Below, piece by piece: positions 47,965-56,120 of a stretch of DNA of 64,000 nt. How positions within the stretch are numbered: position 1 is the first letter of the stretch; every line of letters begins with the position of its first letter. A program made the translations under genes and the position numbers. The DNA comes from Patescibacteria group bacterium (lineage in GTDB: Bacteria; Patescibacteriota; Minisyncoccia; UBA6257; 2-01-FULL-56-20): NCBI GenBank assembly GCA_024654525.1, contig JANLHI010000030.1, positions 80,437 to 144,436 of the forward strand, given 5' to 3'. The notes below the pieces were generated by a model. It had not been told where the DNA came from, searched no databases, and was given only the letters and a program-made list of their open reading frames with translations.

Positions 47965-49017
47965 TTGACCGCACTATCACATCCCGAATACAATAAGACA
48001 ATGAGCACCGAACGAATTACTATCCGGCGTAGTCCGGCGGTTCTTATACGCAATCTTGCGCTTATCGAGCTTGTCGCATTTATCCTCTATGTCGTTGCGG
48101 TAACACTTGGAAATTCTAAATATGAGCTCTATTTACAAATTCCTCTTCTTCCTGATATTTTCCCTTATCAAGCGCTTAAAATATTTGCGCTCTCCGGAAT
48201 CCAATTTGTCATTACCATTTATGCATTTCTAAGCTGGTACTACGAACATTATGTGGTCATACCAACGATGATTTCTCATGAGCGTGGCATATTTTTCAAA
48301 CAAAGTACCAACGTACCTTTCCGCGAGACGATGTCGGTGACTTTGGTCGAAGGACCCATACGAAAACTTCTCCACTGCGGGTCGCTCATTATACACAACT
48401 CGTCTTTGCCGATACTTACGCTTACCGATATCTCATATCCCAAAAAATATCTCGATATCATTCTTACTCGCCTTAACGGTTCTCATGCGTACACTATAGA
48501 ACCATCATCTCAACGAGTGGGAATCGCGGAAGATATATTACAATACGAAGAACATTCCAAGCTTGAATTTAAGTCTTCGTTGCGCTTTGATCACCATACA
48601 AAAAAAGTGAATCGCGAGCTTGAAAAAGTGACAATGAAAACCGTTGCGGCATTTTTAAACTCGGATGGCGGGCGATTGGTAATCGGAGTTGGAGATGATA
48701 AAAGTCCCCTTGGATTACACCATGACTACCAAACACTCGGACGGCAATCTGCGGATGGGTTTGAAAACCACTTCACTCAATTATTCAATAAGATGCTTGG
48801 TCCGGATATTCGCCACCTTGCACAACTCACGTTTCATAAAGTACAGGATAAGGATATTTGCATGGTAGACATCTCTCCAAGTCCGCGACCGGTATATCTT
48901 GCGACAGAGAACGATGAATTCTTTTATGTCCGCACCGGAAACATCAGCACCCCCCTTAAATTAAGTGAGGTGGAATCATACGCACGGGAACGTTGGCCTC
49001 ACGCTATGACGGGATGA
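47965..49017 (+). CDS. membrane-anchored bacterial-PH (YdbS/T-like) plus AlbA_2 (Schlafen-like putative nucleic-acid-binding) domain protein
   Basis: Two N-terminal TM helices, then a bPH-like segment, then LEFKSSLRFD...KTVAAFLNSDGGRLVIGVGDD matching the AlbA_2 core; an alternative start lies at 48001. Confidence 0.5.
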   Translation: MTALSHPEYNKTMSTERITIRRSPAVLIRNLALIELVAFILYVVAVTLGNSKYELYLQIPLLPDIFPYQALKIFALSGIQFVITIYAFLSWYYEHYVVIPTMISHERGIFFKQSTNVPFRETMSVTLVEGPIRKLLHCGSLIIHNSSLPILTLTDISYPKKYLDIILTRLNGSHAYTIEPSSQRVGIAEDILQYEEHSKLEFKSSLRFDHHTKKVNRELEKVTMKTVAAFLNSDGGRLVIGVGDDKSPLGLHHDYQTLGRQSADGFENHFTQLFNKMLGPDIRHLAQLTFHKVQDKDICMVDISPSPRPVYLATENDEFFYVRTGNISTPLKLSEVESYARERWPHAMTG

Positions 49018-49226
49018 ATTACCTTTGTTACTAAACTCAAACTTACTTATATTGGCTGGGGGAAGCCACATTGTTCGATTATAATCGGCGCATGTGTATA
49101 CTCACGATTTGCAAGGTATCCCAATCCAAAACTTATCGTTGCTACAAGAAACATAATCACTCCAAATCCAATTTCTTTGCGGTGTTCCTCACTCCAGTTT
49201 TTGAATCGATAGAACCACGTCATGAG

Positions 49227-49946
49227 TTAAAAACTAAGATACGTTTTCCACTTTTCATAAAGTTCCCGTGTTGCACGCAAATCCCCCACGTTATACTTCG
49301 CAATCTCTATAAATTTTTTTTCCTTGAAAAGCGGACCTACATCATCACCAGTTATTCCCGATACTTTCGGACTTTCGATACCGAATGCCCTTGTCCATAG
49401 ATGAAGACTTCCTTTTCTGCGCGTAGCTCCGTAAAAGGTAAGCTGTTCTAATATATCTATGTGAACCGCGTCCGGACTGTGCTGATAGAGATACCTTCCT
49501 CTCATTAAATCTTTAGTGGGGCGAATGCCATGAATCGCCGATCGGATAAGAAGAAACGGGATATCGAATGAGCGCCCGTTAAATGTCACAAATATCTGAC
49601 ACTTCCGTGCAACTTCCCAAAACTTCTCGAGCATCTCTTTTTCATCCATTGCCTTAAGCAATATTCCATCCTCTTTCGTCTCCTCGCACTTTACTCCCGG
49701 CGCCTGAAAATATACCACCCCTTCATTTTTATGATAATCAAGTATGCCAATCGCGACAATAGACCCGGTAAGTGGAGAAAAACCAAGTCCTGATTTTAAA
49801 TCTTCAAGCGCCGCTTGATATTCTTCTTCAGAATTTGCTTCCCTCTTAATCCAACGCGTAAGCGATTCTTGGGTTGCTTTGTCTAAAGAATCATAGTCCT
49901 CCCCTATTGTTTCTATGTCGAGAATAATGGTTTGCGAGTTTGACAT
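49227..49946 (-). CDS. 3'-5' exonuclease, RNase H-like superfamily (DnaQ/PolB-exo-like)
   Basis: IILDIETIG (Exo I motif), FNGRSFDIPFL and the YQHSPDAVHID motifs. Confidence 0.5.
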   Translation of the reverse strand: MSNSQTIILDIETIGEDYDSLDKATQESLTRWIKREANSEEEYQAALEDLKSGLGFSPLTGSIVAIGILDYHKNEGVVYFQAPGVKCEETKEDGILLKAMDEKEMLEKFWEVARKCQIFVTFNGRSFDIPFLLIRSAIHGIRPTKDLMRGRYLYQHSPDAVHIDILEQLTFYGATRRKGSLHLWTRAFGIESPKVSGITGDDVGPLFKEKKFIEIAKYNVGDLRATRELYEKWKTYLSF

Positions 49947-50057
49947 ATTAGAGATAATACCCTAAAATCTTTGGATTAGAAAACAGTGATTGGTTGAACC
50001 TTTGTATTTTACAGGTCCATTCTAATCTCTATTTTTTAATCTCTATTTTCTAATTCT

Positions 50058-50333
50058 ATGGCACATACAAAAGCCCTCGGCTCAACAAAACTAGGACGCG
50101 ATTCTCGTGCGAAACGCCTTGGCGTCAAAATTCATGACGGTGCGAAAGTTGCCACCGGTCAAATTATAATTCGCCAGCGCGGATCTAAATACACCGAAGG
50201 AGCAAACGTTCGCCGTGGTGCGGATGACACACTTTATGCCGGAAAAGACGGCGTGGTGAAATTCTCCGTAAAAATGAAAGTTTGCTTTGACGGCAACCGC
50301 CGAAAAGCAACCGTGGTGTCCGTTGCGGTATAG
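50058..50333 (+). CDS. rpmA: 50S ribosomal protein L27
   Basis: [24 protein letters not shown]...[15 protein letters not shown]. Confidence 0.9.
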   Translation: MAHTKALGSTKLGRDSRAKRLGVKIHDGAKVATGQIIIRQRGSKYTEGANVRRGADDTLYAGKDGVVKFSVKMKVCFDGNRRKATVVSVAV

Positions 50334-50379
50334 CCACAAATATCCACGTTCGTAGTAAGCGCCCCCCCTATGGGCGTTT

Positions 50380-50838
50380 TCACTTTTTAACTTCAGGAGT
50401 CACAATCACTTTTGCTTCCATAAAATCTCCACCTCGCGGGAAGCGAATTTTGACCGCGTGTTCTCCGAAACTCTTAAGTGGATGATCAAGTATCACTTCC
50501 GCTCGTTCTTTTCCTAAAATTTTTGTATTGCGCAACTCGCTCAATATTTGATCCTTGGTAACCGACCCGAATATGGAACCCGCATCATCGGTTTTGAGTG
50601 TAAAAGTGATTGCGCGTTCCATAAGAGTGTTTCGTATTGCATCCAAATGCTTTGCGAGTTCTCTGTCTTCTTTTTCTTTTGCGATATGCACCGCCTCCAC
50701 CTCATTAAGCGCGGCAGGCGTTGCCGGTTTTGCGATTCCCCGCGGGAAAAGAAAATTCCGCGCGTATCCGTCGCTTATCTCCTTCACTTCGTTTTTCCTT
50801 CCCTTTCCGGGAACATCTTTTTGGAAGACTACCTTCAT
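50380..50838 (-). CDS. rplI: 50S ribosomal protein L9
   Basis: [36 protein letters not shown]. Confidence 0.85.
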   Translation of the reverse strand: MKVVFQKDVPGKGRKNEVKEISDGYARNFLFPRGIAKPATPAALNEVEAVHIAKEKEDRELAKHLDAIRNTLMERAITFTLKTDDAGSIFGSVTKDQILSELRNTKILGKERAEVILDHPLKSFGEHAVKIRFPRGGDFMEAKVIVTPEVKK

Positions 50839-50845
50839 GTGTTTA

Positions 50846-52096
50846 TTATCTGAATATTTTCCCGTCGTAGGTATTCTTTATCTCCTCTTTGATAACCTCC
50901 ACCGCTTTATTGAGTTGAGGATCGCGTTTCTTTTCAAAATCTTCCTCGGTGCGTTTCACTTCGATATCGGGAACCAAACCCTTGCCTTCCAATATAGTGC
51001 CGCTCGGAAGCACCCAATGCGCAATGGTAATTTTAAGCGACGAACCATCACGAAGATCCTTCACTTGTTGCACGGTTCCTTTTCCGAAACTTTGTTCTCC
51101 AATAAGTTTGATATTTTTCACATCATGCAATGCACCGGCAAGAATTTCCGATGCCGAAGCAGAACCTCCGTTAATAAGGACTACTACCGGGAAATCGGCA
51201 AGCGCCGCGTTCCCGTTGGCGCGAAGTTCGTCAATAATTCCATTTCTCCCCTCCTCGCTCACCACCACCGTACCACGCGGGAAAAACCATCCCGCAAGAT
51301 CCACCGCGACTTCAAGATATCCTCCTGGATTGTCACGAAGATCAAATATAAGTCCGCGCGCTCCTTGTGCCGCCGCACCCACCACCGCTTGATAGAATAG
51401 TGAATTGGAATTCGTGTTAAAACTGTGAAGTTTGATATATGCGATATCATCCTTTTTCATCTCAAAATCAAGCGTAGGAATAATTATTTTTTTGCGGACT
51501 ATTATTATTTCTTTCGGCTTTTCCCACGATTCGCGGAACATGAGTAAATTCACTTCGGTGCCTTCGGGACCGCGGATAATACGAACCGCATCTTCGACCG
51601 ACATCCCTTCAGTCGAAGTTGTATTTACTTGAAGAATCCTGTCACCCGCTAAAATTCCGGCACGGCTTGCCGGCGTATCTTTAAGCGGTGCAATTACCAC
51701 AAGCTGATTCTTCCGTATACCTAATTCCGCGCCAATACCTCCAAAATGCCCCTGTACGTCCTCTTGGAACTGCTTACTCTCACTTGGCTTAAAGAACGCG
51801 GAATAGGGGTCTCCAAGTGACCCTACAAGCCCTTTAATCGCGCCATATACCTTGTCTTGGGCATCTACCCCATCCTTTTTCAAATATAAGTCGTCAATTG
51901 ATTGCCATGCCTGCCAAAATGTTCCAAAATCAGCCGCGGATTCTTCGTCTCCATGAACGTCATTTACGTCCTTTACAATAATCGTTTTTGGTGTTTCCAC
52001 TCCCACTCTAAAACCCGCGAATGCTCCGCCTCCGAAAAATATTGATGCCAAAAGAATTACACCTATTATGTTGCGAATTGATCGTTTATTGAACAT
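50846..52096 (-). CDS. S41 family C-terminal processing peptidase
   Basis: Signal/TM N-terminus, a PDZ domain, and the S41 catalytic region ([25 protein letters not shown]). Confidence 0.85.
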   Translation of the reverse strand: MFNKRSIRNIIGVILLASIFFGGGAFAGFRVGVETPKTIIVKDVNDVHGDEESAADFGTFWQAWQSIDDLYLKKDGVDAQDKVYGAIKGLVGSLGDPYSAFFKPSESKQFQEDVQGHFGGIGAELGIRKNQLVVIAPLKDTPASRAGILAGDRILQVNTTSTEGMSVEDAVRIIRGPEGTEVNLLMFRESWEKPKEIIIVRKKIIIPTLDFEMKKDDIAYIKLHSFNTNSNSLFYQAVVGAAAQGARGLIFDLRDNPGGYLEVAVDLAGWFFPRGTVVVSEEGRNGIIDELRANGNAALADFPVVVLINGGSASASEILAGALHDVKNIKLIGEQSFGKGTVQQVKDLRDGSSLKITIAHWVLPSGTILEGKGLVPDIEVKRTEEDFEKKRDPQLNKAVEVIKEEIKNTYDGKIFR

Positions 52097-52204
52097 AGTA
52101 TTGAAAGTTTAACAGGAGGACATCATGACTGCAAACCTCATGAAAAAATATGCATATATTCGAATACTCTTTGATATTTTTCGTTTCTCGCATACAATTT
52201 CCTC

Positions 52205-52516
52205 ATGGCGATCGAGACTGCGGAATTCCTTAAAAAGCTTTCTTCAAGGAAGAAGGAGTCTCATGTATATCGAAAATATCAACTCACAGGGCTTGAAATC
52301 GCGGATATTTTGGGGGACCGTGCGCATAAAGCGCTCTATATCAAACTTGCAAAAGAACGAGATGCCGAATTACTCCGTGCGCTCGCAAAAGATATTGCCG
52401 ATAAACCGAACGTGGCAAACAAAGGTGCGTATTTTATGGCATGCCTCGGGAAAATGAAAAATGGGAATGAATTGAAGATAAAAATGCCGGCTACGAGCAT
52501 CAACGAGAAAAAATAA
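52205..52516 (+). CDS. hypothetical protein (103 aa)
   Basis: Protein-like helical composition but no SD; overlapped out of frame by an alternative ORF (52125..52457) that has a strong SD and an implausible Arg/Ser-rich product. Confidence 0.3.
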   Translation: MAIETAEFLKKLSSRKKESHVYRKYQLTGLEIADILGDRAHKALYIKLAKERDAELLRALAKDIADKPNVANKGAYFMACLGKMKNGNELKIKMPATSINEKK

Positions 52517-52550
52517 ATTTTGCATTTTAGTTTTTTAATTTTAAGTTTTC

Positions 52551-53069
52551 ATGTACCTCATCACCAACAAACAAGAATATAAATTTCTTCGGCGTGCACC
52601 GAAAATTTTTGATTTCTCAGCTCACTCTCCCACTAAAATTCAAGAGCTTATCCGAACCATGAAAAAATCCATGCGCGACGTGCATGGTATCGGACTTTCC
52701 GCAAATCAAATCGGTGTTGATATGCAAGTATTTATAGCCGAAGTTCCCGGCACCGGTGGGTCTCTCAAATTTTATGCGGTATTCAACCCAACAATAGAAA
52801 AAATAGGAGATAAAATCGAATTAAGTGAAGAAGGTTGTCTGAGTATTCCGGGAACATACGGAAATGTTCCCCGCGCCACACAGATTACCATTCGCGGGTT
52901 CGACAAGCGTGGGAAGCCGATAAAGATTAAGGCATGGGGACTTCTTGCTCGAGTTTTTCAACATGAAATTGATCACTTAAACGGAAAACTTTTTATTGAT
53001 CACGCAAAGGAAACGTATGAAATGGCGACGTCGGAACGATTAAGAAACAAAGAGCATAAAGATGTATAA
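52551..53069 (+). CDS. def: peptide deformylase
   Basis: GLSANQIGV, EGCLSIPG and HEIDHLNG motifs. Confidence 0.9.
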   Translation: MYLITNKQEYKFLRRAPKIFDFSAHSPTKIQELIRTMKKSMRDVHGIGLSANQIGVDMQVFIAEVPGTGGSLKFYAVFNPTIEKIGDKIELSEEGCLSIPGTYGNVPRATQITIRGFDKRGKPIKIKAWGLLARVFQHEIDHLNGKLFIDHAKETYEMATSERLRNKEHKDV

Positions 53070-53125
53070 CGCATATTCGCATAATTAGTATCATTCGCAC
53101 GCATTAGTATATTAGCATCGCGCTT

Positions 53126-54001
53126 ATGAATTTCGCTTTCTTCGGCTCTCCTCAATTCGCCGCAATAGTACTCGATAAGCTTATCGCGGGCGGCTTTGTA
53201 CCATCGGTCGTCATTTGCAATCCCGACCGCCCGGTGGGACGAAAAAAAATAGTGACCGCACCGGCGGTGAAACAGCTCGTAGCAAAGAGTAAAAAGGAAA
53301 TTGAAATTCTCCAACCGGAACGTCTGGATGCCACTTCAACCTTAAAGCTCAAAGCTCAAAGCTATGATATTTTCATTGTCGCCGCCTATTCCAAAATAAT
53401 TCCAAAAGATATCATCGCGCTTCCCCGTTTCGGCGTGATAGGTGTTCACCCATCGCTTCTCCCTCGCCACCGCGGCGCAACACCCATCCAGACCGCAATA
53501 CTCGAAGGCGACGGGGAAACGGGCACTACGCTATTTCTTATGGATGAGAAAATAGATCATGGGGCGATTATCGCGCAAGAAAGGTTGAACCTTTCGCATT
53601 CCCAAGGTTCAACCTTGATGGATCTCGATTACCAGGCACTGGAAGCCAAACTTTCGGAACTTTCGGGCGATTTACTTGTAAAAACACTTCCCGATTTTGT
53701 TGCGGGAAAAATAAAACCGGCACCGCAAGACGATTCAAAGGCAACGCTCACCAAAAAATTCACCACGCAGGATGCATTCGTGGATGAAAAAGATGTTATT
53801 GCTGCAGAATCTGGCAAGGTTCAACCTTGCCAGATGGCCGTAATTGAACGCAAAATCCGCGCCTTCAGCCATGAACCGGGTGCGTGGACTCTGCGAAACG
53901 GAAAACGGGTAAAACTCCTGGAAGCGGAAATCCGCGAGGGGAGGTTGGTGCTCAAAAAAATTCAGATTGAAGGAGGGAAGTCGAGAATTATCCAAGGTTA
54001 A
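53126..54001 (+). CDS. fmt: methionyl-tRNA formyltransferase
   Basis: N-terminal formyltransferase domain (FFGSPQFA..., IGVHPSLLPRHRGATPIQ); the C-terminal domain contains several copies of the AAGGTTNAACCTT palindrome. Confidence 0.9.
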   Translation: MNFAFFGSPQFAAIVLDKLIAGGFVPSVVICNPDRPVGRKKIVTAPAVKQLVAKSKKEIEILQPERLDATSTLKLKAQSYDIFIVAAYSKIIPKDIIALPRFGVIGVHPSLLPRHRGATPIQTAILEGDGETGTTLFLMDEKIDHGAIIAQERLNLSHSQGSTLMDLDYQALEAKLSELSGDLLVKTLPDFVAGKIKPAPQDDSKATLTKKFTTQDAFVDEKDVIAAESGKVQPCQMAVIERKIRAFSHEPGAWTLRNGKRVKLLEAEIREGRLVLKKIQIEGGKSRIIQG

Positions 54002-54029
54002 ACCTTAAGAACCCCAAAGGTTTAATCTT
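53579..54029. repeat. cluster of five copies of the 13-bp palindrome AAGGTT-N-AACCTT (53581, 53604, 53816, 53994; a degenerate copy at 54017)
   Basis: Exact copies aaggttgaacctt, aaggttcaacctt (two), aaggttaaacctt and aaggtttaatctt; the copy at 53811..53833 is a perfect 23-nt palindrome; the first four lie inside the fmt reading frame in different codon phases, and the fourth contains the stop codon. Confidence 0.8.
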
Positions 54030-54039
54030 GGAATCAACA

Positions 54040-54598
54040 GGAAACAGGTTAGAGGTTTTAGATATATTTTAAAAATGGAAAAGCCGGAACACTTGGAAGG
54101 TGCCCCGGCTCTCGTTGGTGCCAGTCCCTCGAGAGGACCGGCGTTAGTGATCGAATGGGGTAATCACCCCGTATTCCTCATTTTGGCGCCGATGAGAAAT
54201 CCCTGTGTTCGTCTCACAGGAGGGAACGGAAACATTCGAGACGCGCAAACCTTGCCGTCCCGATAATCGTGCTAGCTGCTACCCTCAAGCAGTATTAGCA
54301 CTAGGATATCTATTTTTAACGAAGGGTCTCGAGTCCTTCGGTATTGCCCCATATTCTTACTACAAGCGACATCCATACTTGTAGAATATGAAAAGGTTGG
54401 GCCTTTACTTGGTAGAGAACGGTAAAGTGAAAGAACCCTCTAATTCTATCACTCCGACCCCATATGCTATGAGGTCTCTCCTTCCAAGAAAATCAATGAA
54501 CAAATGCTCATCACGTATGCCACAAGGAGTGACACTGCAATGGCAAGATGTATCATAGCACACTCCACAAATACTGTCAACTCTCTATTGGATAGGGG
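54040..54598. ncRNA. candidate structured non-coding RNA region (class undetermined)
   Basis: About 560 bp with no credible ORF, visibly higher GC than flanking DNA, and dense stable hairpins and pseudoknot-compatible pairings (for example ccggctctcg...cgagaggaccgg, gtgat..ggggtaatcacccc, gtgctagctgc...gcagtattagcac, catattc..ctacaag..cttgtagaatatg); a 9-bp long-range complement (cttggaagg at 54091 and ccttccaag at 54484) is compatible with a closing helix; strand not determined. Confidence 0.3.
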
Positions 54599-55243
54599 TT
54601 ATTTTGAATTTTCGAGCGATTTTGCCACCTCTTTCCAGTTGATTACACTCCACCAGTTTTCTATATATTCCGCACGGCGATTTTGATATTTCAAATAATA
54701 GGCATGTTCCCATACATCAATCCCAAGAATCGGACGTGCGCCTGTTGATATCGGGTTATCCTGGTTTGGCGTACTCATAATGAAGAGTTTCCCGTTTCCC
54801 GCAAGCCACACCCATCCACTCCCAAAAAGTCCCGAGGCTATTTTTGTGAATTCCGTTTTAAATGCATTAAAACTTCCAAATGATTTTTCAATTCGTACTG
54901 CACACTCCCCTTGCGGCACATTTGCCGCGCTCCCTGCGTTCGGCTTCATATTTTTCCAAAAAAACGAGTGGTTGAAATGCCCTCCTCCATGATTGCGCAC
55001 CGCGGTGCGAATATCCGCAGGAACCGCATCAAGGTTTGAAAGCAACGATTCAAGCGCCTCAATTTCGGGTTTTCCCGCCATAGTTTCGGCAAAGGAAGGG
55101 TGCTTTTCAATCGCTTCATTCAACTTTGAGACGTACGCCTGGTGGTGCTTTGCGTGATGCACTTCCATGGTACTTGCATCAATATGTGGCTCAAGCGCGT
55201 CGTAGCTATAAGGAAGTTCTGGCAACGAAAAAATTTTATCCAT
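54599..55243 (-). CDS. sodA: Fe/Mn superoxide dismutase
   Basis: [32 protein letters not shown] and the C-terminal DVWEHAYY motif. Confidence 0.9.
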   Translation of the reverse strand: MDKIFSLPELPYSYDALEPHIDASTMEVHHAKHHQAYVSKLNEAIEKHPSFAETMAGKPEIEALESLLSNLDAVPADIRTAVRNHGGGHFNHSFFWKNMKPNAGSAANVPQGECAVRIEKSFGSFNAFKTEFTKIASGLFGSGWVWLAGNGKLFIMSTPNQDNPISTGARPILGIDVWEHAYYLKYQNRRAEYIENWWSVINWKEVAKSLENSK

Positions 55244-55305
55244 AGAAATAAGTGGGAGTGTTTTTGTTATTTATTTATCAATTGCCGTTATAAGTTGTCT
55301 TTGTA

Positions 55306-55413
55306 TTATTGCCCAATAAATATAAGCGCCGCGCTGGGACCGATAAGCCCGACAACGATAATTATTGCAAGCAACCATACAAGGACTTTTTTAATTTTCT
55401 TTGTCTTTGTCAT
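55306..55413 (-). CDS. candidate small membrane peptide (35 aa, MTKTKKIKKVLVWLLAIIIVVGLIGPSAALIFIGQ)
   Basis: Basic N-terminus plus a single TM helix; GGAGG lies directly (1 nt) upstream of the ATG, which is suboptimal spacing; below the ORF-track size cutoff. Confidence 0.2.
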   Translation of the reverse strand: MTKTKKIKKVLVWLLAIIIVVGLIGPSAALIFIGQ

Positions 55414-55518
55414 GCCTCCATTATACACATTGAGGATATTTCAACCATGTGAATAGGGGTTGAGAAACCTGCTCTAACGTGTTAAATTCCCTAGGTGTTT
55501 CGCGCGCACAACAGATTT

Positions 55519-55589
55519 TGGGGGGTCGTCTAGCGGTAGGACATCGCCCTTTGGAGGCGAGTACCGGGGTTCGAATCCCTGCCCCCCAG
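55519..55589 (+). tRNA. tRNA-Gln (anticodon TTG)
   Basis: U1-A72 acceptor pair and G73 (bacterial tRNA-Gln identity features), D stem gtct/ggac, perfect anticodon stem tcgcc/ggcga with loop cTTTGga, T arm cgggg-ttcgaat-ccctg. Confidence 0.8.
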
Positions 55590-55604
55590 CATGAACATTG
55601 GATG

Positions 55605-55622
55605 GTGGCTGTCCCCTTTTCT
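55605..55622. repeat. 18-bp direct repeat gtggctgtccccttttct, copy 1 (15 nt downstream of tRNA-Gln)
   Basis: Exact second copy at 55926..55943; 20 of 21 positions match when extended. Confidence 0.7.
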
Positions 55623-55656
55623 CAAATAAAAAAGGAACGAAGCTTGCTTCGTTCCT
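55623..55656 (-). terminator. rho-independent terminator (minus strand) for the small ORF at 55682..55822
   Basis: ggaacgaag-cttg-cttcgttcc hairpin followed on the minus strand by ttttttattt. Confidence 0.6.
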
Positions 55657-55681
55657 CGTGAAAACTTTTTGATCTGATTCG

Positions 55682-55822
55682 TTACCTGAGACGTAAATCA
55701 AGCCACGTCATAAATGCAGCGATTATCACGCATATCGCGAGAGCGAGTGCTGCATTTTTTGGATTTTTCCAAAGAGCAAGGAACTCCCCGATGCGACGAA
55801 CAACGTACTGAAACATTTTCAT
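55682..55822 (-). CDS. candidate small hydrophobic protein (46 aa, MKMFQYVVRRIGEFLALWKNPKNAALALAICVIIAAFMTWLDLRLR)
   Basis: AGGAAGG SD 4 nt upstream of the ATG and a strong terminator immediately downstream; one predicted TM helix; not in the ORF track (under 60 aa). Confidence 0.35.
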   Translation of the reverse strand: MKMFQYVVRRIGEFLALWKNPKNAALALAICVIIAAFMTWLDLRLR

Positions 55823-55925
55823 AATGCCTTCCTTTTGATTGGTTTAAGTTAACGTTACTCTGAATTACGAAATACCACAAATAGATATTATCATGCAACA
55901 CAGAATACAAAAAAATTGTGGCTGT

Positions 55926-55943
55926 CCCCTTTTCTACTAGGTA
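55926..55943. repeat. 18-bp direct repeat gtggctgtccccttttct, copy 2
   Basis: Identical to 55605..55622; the two copies bracket a 321-bp segment containing the 46-aa ORF and its terminator. Confidence 0.7.
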
Positions 55944-56120
55944 TGCTTTGACCAAACCGTATTAGGTTATAGCGTTTAAATTGCCGATAATAATAAACTT
56001 CTTTTTATATTCAAATAATTGAGCTAGATATTCTTTAAGTAAAGAAAATGGTGGATTCGTAACAATAACATCTGCTTCTTTCCGGACGCATAACGGAATA
56101 ATAAGGGAAAAGGAAGCTGT

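Noticed and set aside
50555-51400. 281-aa plus-strand ORF (and the 147-aa ORF at 50949..51392) antisense to the S41 peptidase gene
   Set aside because: Embedded in a strongly supported minus-strand gene. Its Ser/Arg/Pro-rich composition is typical of antisense frames of GC-richer coding sequence.
54086-54500. Bacterial RNase P RNA (the CR-I-like ggaaaagccgg / ggaaggtgccccggctc and a GGUAAAGUGAAAG box)
   Set aside because: I could not locate the obligatory P4 3' strand (ACAGAA.CCGGCUUA) or a P2/P3 arrangement between the putative P1 and CR-I. Spacing of the boxes is off. Reported instead as an unclassified structured RNA candidate.
55682-55822. SecE identity for the 46-aa peptide (an FxxV...W-basic pattern and location next to a tRNA)
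   Set aside because: Similarity to SecE is weak and nusG does not follow. Left as an unnamed small hydrophobic protein.
55698-55955. 85-aa minus-strand ORF between tRNA-Gln and the GH15 gene
   Set aside because: Spans the 18-bp repeat and has no RBS. The shorter 46-aa ORF (55682..55822), with an SD and a terminator, explains the region better.
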